IMG/VR virus record: IMGVR_UViG_3300010149_000076
Coordinates: 1 to 32,325 of that record
Strand: one strand, 5' to 3'
DNA length: 32,325 nucleotides
From: a virus
Lineage: Duplodnaviria; Caudoviricetes
Under the pieces are notes generated by a model that was not told where the DNA came from, did not search any database, and worked only from the letters and a program-made list of their open reading frames with translations. Shown piece by piece: positions 1 to 7,289 of this stretch. Positions within the stretch are counted from its first letter, which is position 1. Each line of letters opens with the position of its first letter. A program made the translations under genes and the position numbers.

Positions 1-797
1 CACTTAACTAACGCACCTGATGCATAAGCAGAAGGCCATACAGAATAACGTGACTTTACCTTATGATAACAAGCATCTTTCTTACCCTCATCTACAAGGT
101 TACCTTCTGGTTCAAATGAATTTTTTTGAGTCACGATTTTTGCTGCTCCTTTTCTATCGGGATTTGGATCTTCTTTGCGCTTTTTAGCAGCTCTTTTATC
201 TCTTTCATCTTTACTCATTGCAGAACGATCATCTGCATCACGGCAATATGGTTTAGTTGTTTGACCTGGTTGTTTAGCACAAGGTTTTCCATCATATTTA
301 CCACCAGCTTGTTTCCAACCACCACCTTTAAACCAATCACGAAGGGAATATCCTTTATCCTTTGCTGACTTACCATCTCTTTTTTCCGTGATGGTTTCTT
401 CATTAGTTACATAATCTGCTGCAGTGTCAATATAATCTGCTGCCTTGGTAATTTTTGATTGAACCCATGCCTTGAGTTCACCTTCACCTTTCTTGCCCAT
501 TTTTTTCTCAAGACGAGAAGCAGCGTTCTTTATAGTTTTAAGTTGAGAACGAGCCATAGAATATTCGTGATCTTTCTTCTCTTCACTCATACCGCCACCA
601 CCATCTCCACCATTACCATTTCCATTAGTATTGCCATTACCATCGTTACCATTTCCGTTAGTATTTTTATTTTCGTCAGATTCCTCATCTTTTTCACGAC
701 GAAGCCATCCACCCATTCCTACACGGTAACCTGTGGGAATTTTTTTACATTTTTTATCTTGATAGCAGTAATAATAACCCTGCTTACACTTACTCAT
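1..797 (-). CDS. Modular Lys/Cys-rich hypothetical protein downstream of gp16 (possible internal head protein); 3'-truncated by the window edge
   Basis: Hand translation from ATG at 797 gives 265 sense codons with no stop: MSKCKQGYYYCYQDKKCKKIP...NGNGNDGNGN...MSEEKKDHEYSMARSQL...WVQSKITKAADY...SLRDWFKGGGW...PCAKQPGQTTKPYC...LVDEGKKDACYHKVKSRYSVWPSAYASGALVK. It overlaps the end of gp16 by 8 nt and is absent from the ORF track because it runs off the edge. Confidence 0.85.
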   Translation of the reverse strand, partial: MSKCKQGYYYCYQDKKCKKIPTGYRVGMGGWLRREKDEESDENKNTNGNGNDGNGNTNGNGNGGDGGGGMSEEKKDHEYSMARSQLKTIKNAASRLEKKMGKKGEGELKAWVQSKITKAADYIDTAADYVTNEETITEKRDGKSAKDKGYSLRDWFKGGGWKQAGGKYDGKPCAKQPGQTTKPYCRDADDRSAMSKDERDKRAAKKRKEDPNPDRKGAAKIVTQKNSFEPEGNLVDEGKKDACYHKVKSRYSVWPSAYASGALVK

Positions 798-1236
798 TAC
801 TGTCAGAGTCTGAATTACTATTATTTAGAAAACCTTGCTTTAGTAATTTTTGCAAATCGGAAGTTGATCCAACAAATAATGCATTATTAGTAACATTATT
901 TGTTGTATTCACCGAAGAGTCATCCTCTAAATCTTTCACTTTCTTTTGAAGATCTACTAATTTATCGGTAGTATCAGCAACACTTTTAATAAGTTGACCA
1001 GCAACTTCATATGCTCTTGGGCTTCCACCTTCACCAGCAAGTTCCATAATTCCATTGATCGCTTCCTGACCTTTTTCAATCAAAGAATACAAATTTGCAC
1101 GAGTATATTCATAATCTTTTGTTAAATCCTGATTTGTTTTATCTGGAATTTTTAATTCTGTAGGTTGTCCTTCTGCTTCGACAATCTCACATTTTGTATT
1201 GAGAGCATCATCGATAGAATCAAATTTATCAGTCAT
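790..1236 (-). CDS. gp16: Terminase small subunit (T4 gp16-like)
   Basis: 148 aa with DYEYTRANLYSLIEKGQEAINGIMELA...SPRAYEVAGQLIKSVAD and NNALFVGSTSDLQKLLK, typical of T4-like gp16. It follows gp15. Confidence 0.95.
   Translation of the reverse strand: MTDKFDSIDDALNTKCEIVEAEGQPTELKIPDKTNQDLTKDYEYTRANLYSLIEKGQEAINGIMELAGEGGSPRAYEVAGQLIKSVADTTDKLVDLQKKVKDLEDDSSVNTTNNVTNNALFVGSTSDLQKLLKQGFLNNSNSDSDSNE
822..828 (-). promoter_or_regulatory. Putative late promoter variant CTAAATA inside the 3' end of gp16
   Basis: Plus strand TATTTAG at 822-828, about 25 nt upstream of the ATG at 797. It falls in the FLNN codons of gp16. Confidence 0.55.
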
Positions 1237-1239
1237 AAA

Positions 1240-2286
1240 TTAAATATCAAGTTTTCTGGTTGGACTAAAATCTGCTCCAGTCTCAAAGAAATCCGTTGAT
1301 TCACTAAATCCAAAATCATCTCCAGGAATTATGAGTGCATCATCAGCAGTGCTGAGGACATTAAGTTTCGCTCCTTTAACATGTTCCGTAGCAATAGTAG
1401 AACTAAATGCCCTTTCAACAGTCATTGAATTACTTGTCTTAGATTTAATCTTCATAATTTCAGTACCAACAATAACTCTATCATTAACTTCAAAAGTTGA
1501 TGTATCATTTAAGGTAATAATAGATTCTGTAGTAGTTACATTTTCTGCCAACAATGCTCCAGTATCATTATCATAATCTTTTCTTGCTGTAGGAGTTGCA
1601 GTATATCTAACTTCTCTCTTAGCAGTCCTGGGATTACTATCACTGTAGTAATCAACCTGAACTTTGCGGATAATTCCATCGGTGCTATCTGCAATAGGAC
1701 CAAACAGATATGTTTTTGCTGTAAATTGTAATGTATAAATTAATGCTCTACGAGTAGAGAAATCTCCCTCATAATCATCTTGGAAGGATATACTATCAAG
1801 AACAACTGGAATATCCCTCTTTTCTCCAATAGAATCTATTAGTTCTACTGTAATATTGAATGACGGTTGAAAATATGGAAGAATTTGTTCAACAATTTGT
1901 AAAGCATCATCATTTAGTTTTGTCATAATATTCAGTTCAAATCCAAGATTATATGGCACTGGCATATAAACTTTTTTAACTTTAGTATTATTATCAACTG
2001 CTTTAAATGTTTGAGTTACAGATACTTTCCTTGTAGCATCGTATGAGATGCTATTCATCTCAAATGACATCCTAGGTAAAGTAATCTGAACTGATCTGTT
2101 AAGATCCTGCTGCTGTTCTAATCTTGCTAAAAACTTTTGTGCAGGACCATATGCTAGTGGTACTTTAATCTCACTTTCAATATTTCCGTTTGAATCATCA
2201 TGTTTCACGTAAATTTGATTAAACAGAGTTCCAAAAGAAACAACTGTTTTTCTAACTATTTCGTGATAAAAATAAGTACCTAGCAT
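1240..2286 (-). CDS. gp15: Tail sheath stabilizer / tail terminator (T4 gp15-like) with an extra C-terminal small domain
   Basis: MLGTYFYHEIVRKTVVSFGTLFN, KVPLAYGPAQKFLARL, LPRMSFE, PVPYNLGFEL and QIVEQILPYFQP motifs. Located between gp14 and gp16. Confidence 0.95.
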   Translation of the reverse strand: MLGTYFYHEIVRKTVVSFGTLFNQIYVKHDDSNGNIESEIKVPLAYGPAQKFLARLEQQQDLNRSVQITLPRMSFEMNSISYDATRKVSVTQTFKAVDNNTKVKKVYMPVPYNLGFELNIMTKLNDDALQIVEQILPYFQPSFNITVELIDSIGEKRDIPVVLDSISFQDDYEGDFSTRRALIYTLQFTAKTYLFGPIADSTDGIIRKVQVDYYSDSNPRTAKREVRYTATPTARKDYDNDTGALLAENVTTTESIITLNDTSTFEVNDRVIVGTEIMKIKSKTSNSMTVERAFSSTIATEHVKGAKLNVLSTADDALIIPGDDFGFSESTDFFETGADFSPTRKLDI

Positions 2287-3914
2287 TAATAATTACCAAA
2301 GGGATTCGATTCTGTAAAATCAACTATAAGATCTGCTTCTAGTTCGATAGAAGTATTGTCGGTATATTTATCATATACATCATCATTAGTATGGAAATCA
2401 ACTGCAAAAGTTGCAGAGGATGCAGCACCAACTATTATTTCTCCATTTGTGAAGACACCATCAACATAAGAAATTTTAAGAGTTTTCGTATCAGCGTCCC
2501 AATTTTTAACTCTTGCAGTTGTTCCCGAACTAGACCCAGTAATTAACTCATTAAATTCATATGCTCCAACTCCAGATATTGTTGGGGGATCTGCAATTGT
2601 TATTGTTGGAGCAATAGTATATCCAATTCCAGTATTAATAATTCTTATACCTGTAACAATATTTCCTTCAGAAACTTCTGCTCTCGCTGAAGCAGTTTCT
2701 GTGCTCTTAATCGAATCACTATTGTCGATAGTGACTGTAGGGTTACTTTCATAACCACTTCCAGGATCTATAATTGTTAGTGCTGTCACTGTTCCTCCAA
2801 CACCAATAGTAGAAGTTACTATGGCAGTGTTTATACCAGATGCTGGTGTTGATAATATCACTGTAGGTGCGCTTGTATACTCTATTCCAGGATTAGAGAT
2901 GGTTATGGCGGTGACTGTGCCTCCAATGCCTGTTGTAGCGGTTGCTACGGCACCTGATGAAGGTATGGATATGGATACTGTTGGTGAAACTGGATATCCG
3001 GATCCAGGATTATCAACAGCAAATGAAACAACACCCTTTTCTTGTGTTTCTATTAGGCAAGTAGCTGCAGCACCTACTCCATCACTACCGTAAATGCTTA
3101 TTGATGGAGTAGTTGTATATCCAAATCCAGCATTAGTTAAAACTAATTCTTTTACAGATCTAATACCTGAAATAGAAGTTGTTATAGCAACAGCTGTTGC
3201 AGTTCCTCCAGAAACTGGCGAATCATCAAATTGGACAATAGGTGTTGTTGTATATCCACTTCCATCATTATTTAAAAATATTTGTCTAACATAACCAATA
3301 TTAATAACTGCCGATGCGGAAGCAGTTTCACCTATACCGAGCACTTGTAATGTAGTAATATATCCTTCTTCTTTAATTTGAGTGTCAATTTCCTCAACTG
3401 AAGTGCTAATAACTTCATCTTCATATTCAAAGAGTTCGCATTTAAGTTGATATACGTAGTTTTTTCCTAACTGATAAAAAGGATCCTCATGTTCTACAAA
3501 TTTAACTTCAAATAATCTTTGACCTAATGGAAAATATACTAGATCACCTTCTCTAGGTCTAGATGCAAGAATAATTTCATCTTCACTTTCTCCAGAAAGA
3601 AAGGTTGCAATATAATCATCATATCTTTCTTTAGATATTGTAATTGTCAACTCATCTTTAAGAGACATTCCAAATTTTGTTAGAATATCTCCAGCTCCAG
3701 AGTGACCTTCAAATGTATTAACATACGCCTCAATAGTATAGTTATCATCAAATTTAGATGATTCGATTTCATTAAATATAGTGTCTTTATTGACAATTTT
3801 TCTTGGAATGTATGTTACATCAACACCATACATTCTGAGTTGTTCATTAATTAACTCCTGAACAAGTCTTTGTTCGGAAGAAGAACCTTGTAGAAAGAAC
3901 GGATTAAGTGCCAT
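2286..3914 (-). CDS. gp14: Neck protein (T4 gp14-like) with inserted beta-repeat region
   Basis: MALNPFF...EQRLVQELINEQLRMYGVDVTYIPR, RPREGDLVYFP, FEVKFVEHEDPFYQLGK and C-terminal DFTESNPFG. Located between gp13 and gp15. Confidence 0.95.
   Translation of the reverse strand: MALNPFFLQGSSSEQRLVQELINEQLRMYGVDVTYIPRKIVNKDTIFNEIESSKFDDNYTIEAYVNTFEGHSGAGDILTKFGMSLKDELTITISKERYDDYIATFLSGESEDEIILASRPREGDLVYFPLGQRLFEVKFVEHEDPFYQLGKNYVYQLKCELFEYEDEVISTSVEEIDTQIKEEGYITTLQVLGIGETASASAVINIGYVRQIFLNNDGSGYTTTPIVQFDDSPVSGGTATAVAITTSISGIRSVKELVLTNAGFGYTTTPSISIYGSDGVGAAATCLIETQEKGVVSFAVDNPGSGYPVSPTVSISIPSSGAVATATTGIGGTVTAITISNPGIEYTSAPTVILSTPASGINTAIVTSTIGVGGTVTALTIIDPGSGYESNPTVTIDNSDSIKSTETASARAEVSEGNIVTGIRIINTGIGYTIAPTITIADPPTISGVGAYEFNELITGSSSGTTARVKNWDADTKTLKISYVDGVFTNGEIIVGAASSATFAVDFHTNDDVYDKYTDNTSIELEADLIVDFTESNPFGNY
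2365..2372 (-). promoter_or_regulatory. Putative late promoter GATAAATA inside gp14, upstream of gp15
   Basis: Plus strand TATTTATC at 2365-2372 (YDKY codons), about 80 nt before the gp15 ATG. Confidence 0.55.
2590..3295 (-). repeat. Six degenerate ~40-aa protein repeats (V-x-x-I-x-I-x-N-x-G-x-G-Y-T-x-x-P-T-V-x-I) in gp14
   Basis: VRQIFLNNDGSGYTTTPIVQF, VKELVLTNAGFGYTTTPSISI, VVSFAVDNPGSGYPVSPTVSI, VTAITISNPGIEYTSAPTVIL, VTALTIIDPGSGYESNPTVTI, VTGIRIINTGIGYTIAPTITI. Boundaries approximate. Confidence 0.9.
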
Positions 3915-4756
3915 TATCCAATAAGATCGAGAGGTGGTAATTCATGTTCAAGTAGCATAGTCTGCTTAAGTTGTTCTATTTCTTTTTCGGCATCTTCATA
4001 AATTTCTCTACCATTTAATTCAATACCACCTGGTAACTTAACTCCTCTAAACTTAATTAGATTTTGACCCCATTGTCTTTTAATAAGTGATGTTAGATAT
4101 TTTTTAATAAAACTATCGTTATAAACTTGAGTAAAAGATGCTGGATCAAGTGCTCTGTAGCAATCAATAATTAAGAAATTTCCAGCACTTTGAGAACTCC
4201 AATCAATATCAAGATACATTCTATCTTGACGCTTATTAAATCTGATTTGCTTATCTGTTGTTAATAAATGGTCAATATCTTCAAGATAACTTTTAGTCAT
4301 TGCATATTGCAATAATTCAACTGAACCAAAATGATATAAGTCATTTAAAAATAATTGATATTTAATATTGAACATCCCCCCAGAAACGGTGCTAGTATCA
4401 AATTTAAATACCTTTTCAATTCCAATTACAGAATCTGGAACTTGTATAAAATTAGAATTTTCATAAAAACTTGATGTAAAAGTTCCAGAACCACTATCTA
4501 CAGATGTTGCTGTAGTAGTTACGATGCCAACACCATTAGTTCCGTTTGCTTTTCCTCTATCAATATCTTCTTGTTGAATTTGATACTTGAGATACATTCT
4601 CTCAACACCATCGAAATGGCGTTCATTAAAATATTGAATGGCATCATCAACCAAATCATCAATTTGATCATCATCAACGTTTATTTCTAGTACTGGAGCA
4701 CCTAAACGCCTTAAACAATAATCAATTAATCCTTGACGTGTTGATGGTTTTGCCAT
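3914..4756 (-). CDS. gp13: Neck protein (T4 gp13-like)
   Basis: RQGLIDYCLRRLGAPVLEINVDDDQIDD, QYFNERHFDG and KRQWGQNLIKFRGVKLPGGIELNG, all gp13 hallmarks. Confidence 0.95.
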   Translation of the reverse strand: MAKPSTRQGLIDYCLRRLGAPVLEINVDDDQIDDLVDDAIQYFNERHFDGVERMYLKYQIQQEDIDRGKANGTNGVGIVTTTATSVDSGSGTFTSSFYENSNFIQVPDSVIGIEKVFKFDTSTVSGGMFNIKYQLFLNDLYHFGSVELLQYAMTKSYLEDIDHLLTTDKQIRFNKRQDRMYLDIDWSSQSAGNFLIIDCYRALDPASFTQVYNDSFIKKYLTSLIKRQWGQNLIKFRGVKLPGGIELNGREIYEDAEKEIEQLKQTMLLEHELPPLDLIG

Positions 4757-4995
4757 TATTCTTCAACCTCTGAGTTCTGATAATCATCATCTTTTTTTGG
4801 AGATTTAGATTTAATAGTTACTGGTTCTGGTTTTTTTAAATCCAAAAGTTGAGATAGTAACTTATTTTTTTCATCTTCAAACTCTTGCGTTAGAGTTTGA
4901 ATTTTCGCCTCCAATAAAACGTTTTGATTGGTTAGTGCTGATAATTTTTTATTATAAAGATTCACTAACACATTGATATCTACTTCACTATTCAT
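4756..4995 (-). CDS. Small coiled-coil hypothetical protein
   Basis: 79 aa with heptad-like LYNKKLSALTNQNVLLEAKIQTL. TAATG-coupled to gp13 and fills the gap after the fiber gene. Confidence 0.85.
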   Translation of the reverse strand: MNSEVDINVLVNLYNKKLSALTNQNVLLEAKIQTLTQEFEDEKNKLLSQLLDLKKPEPVTIKSKSPKKDDDYQNSEVEE

Positions 4996-5000
4996 AATAT

Positions 5001-6638
5001 CTAGAAGGTTCCTCCATCAATTGTTGATGTCCAAGTTGGTTTGCTAGTATATGTAGTAGCAACATTAGATGGATTTACGTTAGCACTTACACCATCATCA
5101 ACAATATCGTTAGTTGTATCAAACGTTCCTTGAACACCGATTAACGTCACACTATTTGATGAAGATGTTGTGGTTTTAACCATACCATACGCTGCACTGT
5201 TATTTTGCTGCGTAATTTGTGATCCTGCAGCTAAAGATGCATTACCACTTAAAGTAAGAACAATCTCAGTAACTGCTGTTAATATTTGAGTAGATGTTAC
5301 TGTTGTATTAGCATCACCTGGTTGATTTGTGGATCTTTGTAAACCTTGATTGTCAAAGAATACAATACCATTGGTATCGAAATTGCCAGATTGGTAGTAA
5401 ATACCTTTAACATCTAGAAAACCTTTGGTTCCAGATACAACACTATTGTTAATAGTTGAATCTGGAATATAAGTCCATCTTCTACTATCATCAGCATGTG
5501 TTCCGTGATTTAAATCACCTGCAGAACTTGCGGCAATAGAACTATCATCTAAACCAAAAAATCCAGTTTTATTATTATCAGTTCCACTACTAATATTATA
5601 GTCAAAAGAAATACCACGGTCTGTATTGGTGTCAAATCCGTGAGTTAAAGTAACTTGAGTTGTAGTGCTAATACCAGCAGAAGCAGTACCATCAAAAGTG
5701 ATGATTTTATCTCCGGCATTAATTGATGCAACGGTTGCAATACCTGAAGGACTGATACCGGCAACTGTTAGTGTATCACCAGTGTTAATTCCAACAGTAG
5801 AATCTAATCTGATAGTGCTAACGCCAGCTTGAACTGTCGACATGACAGTTCTAGCACTGGTTACATCACCCAGATTAAAAATAGATTCATTTACGGTAAC
5901 CGCACTCGAATTTACAGTAGTCGTAGTACCATCAACTTGGAGATCACCTTTAATAATTACTGTGCCTTCATTACTAAATCCATCGGGATATGGATCAATA
6001 TAAAGTTCGTTTCCTGCACCAGGTCTAGTTGAAATAATATTAGATGAAATACCAACATTATCAATTAAAAATTGACTTCCTGTAGGTAAGTTATAGGTTA
6101 CGTTAGTATTATATACCCAAGGAGCTCCAGTAACTTGAACACTATCAGTTCCATTTTCATCATATTCGATTTTAGCATCTTTACTATCACCGAAAGTTAG
6201 AAACTGGTCATCTGGAATTACAACTTCTCCAGATCCATTTGTCCTAACAACAATATCGCCATCAGTATCATTGGATGAAAGAGTATTTCCATCTAATGTT
6301 AAATTATCTACTGTCCATTGGTCTACTCTAGGAAGACGACTAATCGCTCCTGTTCCTCCAGGATTTCCACCATTCTCTGTAAGGAGAAGTGGAATAAAAC
6401 CATTTGCTGGGGTTGTTGGGTTATCTTGACCCGCAATTAAACCCGGAGCAATACTTAAAAGATCTGTGTAATATCTACCACCAATTAGTTGTGGGTTTTG
6501 GGAGTTATCTCCAGCAAATACCCTTCCACCTCTATTACCATGCGTGCCGACGCCAATAGTAACAGCAAGTTCACCATAATTTAGAGTACTGGGTGCAGAA
6601 GTACCAGTAGATCTTTTGACTCTAATGATACTTGCCAT
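5001..6638 (-). CDS. Fiber-like virion structural protein (possible neck/whisker or tail fiber)
   Basis: 545 aa, Gly/Thr/Ser-rich. N-terminal IIRVKRS...APSTLNYGELA attachment-type motif, beta-repeats (DNLTLDGNTLSS, IKGDLQVDGTTTTVNS) and C-terminal WTSTIDGGTF. It sits just upstream of gp13, where T4 has wac/fibritin. Confidence 0.8.
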   Translation of the reverse strand: MASIIRVKRSTGTSAPSTLNYGELAVTIGVGTHGNRGGRVFAGDNSQNPQLIGGRYYTDLLSIAPGLIAGQDNPTTPANGFIPLLLTENGGNPGGTGAISRLPRVDQWTVDNLTLDGNTLSSNDTDGDIVVRTNGSGEVVIPDDQFLTFGDSKDAKIEYDENGTDSVQVTGAPWVYNTNVTYNLPTGSQFLIDNVGISSNIISTRPGAGNELYIDPYPDGFSNEGTVIIKGDLQVDGTTTTVNSSAVTVNESIFNLGDVTSARTVMSTVQAGVSTIRLDSTVGINTGDTLTVAGISPSGIATVASINAGDKIITFDGTASAGISTTTQVTLTHGFDTNTDRGISFDYNISSGTDNNKTGFFGLDDSSIAASSAGDLNHGTHADDSRRWTYIPDSTINNSVVSGTKGFLDVKGIYYQSGNFDTNGIVFFDNQGLQRSTNQPGDANTTVTSTQILTAVTEIVLTLSGNASLAAGSQITQQNNSAAYGMVKTTTSSSNSVTLIGVQGTFDTTNDIVDDGVSANVNPSNVATTYTSKPTWTSTIDGGTF

Positions 6639-6868
6639 TAGAATGAGCCTCCATTAATATCTAAATTCTGTGTAGTTCCTGGTGTTAACTCTAGAGTTGC
6701 ATCAAATTTATTAGTAGTGGAGTTATATACAAGAACCATACCGTTCTCTAATCCACTACTAATATTAACATCACTTAAACCGGCAAGAGTTCCGGAAGTA
6801 TCTCCGGTAATTGAAGAAACAACTTTAATTGCGTTTTGTTGGCCTACTCTTACTTTTATATCAGGCAT
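6638..6868 (-). CDS. Small fiber-associated hypothetical protein
   Basis: 76 aa with the fiber-type LAGLSDV...NGMVLVYNSTTNKF motif and terminal INGGSF. TAATG-coupled to the fiber and preceded by TATAAATA. Confidence 0.8.
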   Translation of the reverse strand: MPDIKVRVGQQNAIKVVSSITGDTSGTLAGLSDVNISSGLENGMVLVYNSTTNKFDATLELTPGTTQNLDINGGSF

Positions 6869-6907
6869 ATGATCATACCTAGTCGATAATTATCAGGATC
6901 TAAAATA

Positions 6908-6915
6908 TATTTATA
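6908..6915 (-). promoter_or_regulatory. T4-type late promoter TATAAATA
   Basis: Exact consensus (plus strand TATTTATA) in an intergenic gap about 40 nt upstream of the ATG at 6868. Confidence 0.85.
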
Positions 6916-6928
6916 CTCCTTAGACTCC

Positions 6929-7102
6929 TTAGAATCCTAGTTTACCAATAACCTCTTGTTGCTTGAGATAAAGTTTCACATACATTTTACATAAATTTCT
7001 TAATTCTTCAATATCTCTACATTCGTCAATCTCTCTAGCTTGTTTTTCATATTCAAATGATTTAGATACCGAGTCTAAAGTAATTTCATTTGGATTTTCC
7101 AT
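6929..7102 (-). CDS. 57-aa helical microprotein, tentatively NblA-like
   Basis: Hand translation: MENPNEITLDSVSKSFEYEKQAREIDECRDIEELRNLCKMYVKLYLKQQEVIGKLGF*. A GGAG lies about 8 nt upstream of the ATG, the start overlaps the upstream ORF, and it fills an otherwise empty gap. It is shorter than any ORF in the supplied track. The confidence value is for the CDS; the NblA-like call is weaker. Confidence 0.85.
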   Translation of the reverse strand: MENPNEITLDSVSKSFEYEKQAREIDECRDIEELRNLCKMYVKLYLKQQEVIGKLGF

Positions 7103-7289
7103 CGATTAACTCCATAAGTAAGTTTTTAATCTGTTGAACATCTTTTTTTAATTCAGATATTTCATTTTTTTGATTTTGACGTTCTTTTCTCATTTTAATA
7201 TATTGATTATATTCAAATGTGTCACAATTAACAATTGCACCCGAATTTTGGTCTCGGAATAAATTTTTATGTCCATCAACGGGTATCAT
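7086..7289 (-). CDS. Small conserved hypothetical protein with C-terminal coiled coil
   Basis: 67 aa, IPVDGHKNLFRDQNSGAIVN followed by EISELKKDVQQIKNLL. ATGA overlap with the VrlC-like stop. I recall this type of ORF following VrlC-like genes in T4-like marine phages. Confidence 0.88.
   Translation of the reverse strand: MIPVDGHKNLFRDQNSGAIVNCDTFEYNQYIKMRKERQNQKNEISELKKDVQQIKNLLMELIDGKSK

Noticed and set aside
126-890. Plus-strand ORFs 126-368 and 459-890, and minus-strand ORF 215-403
   Set aside because: Shadow or alternate-frame ORFs of the long minus-strand ORF starting at 797. The hydrophobic Phe/Ile-rich translations are what the antisense of Lys/Glu/Asn-rich codons produces.
2284-7289. 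TAATG/ATGA stop-start overlaps (2286, 3914, 4756, 6638, 7286-7289) as programmed frameshift or readthrough sites
   Set aside because: Ordinary translational coupling in phage operons. No slippery sequence plus downstream structure was evident.
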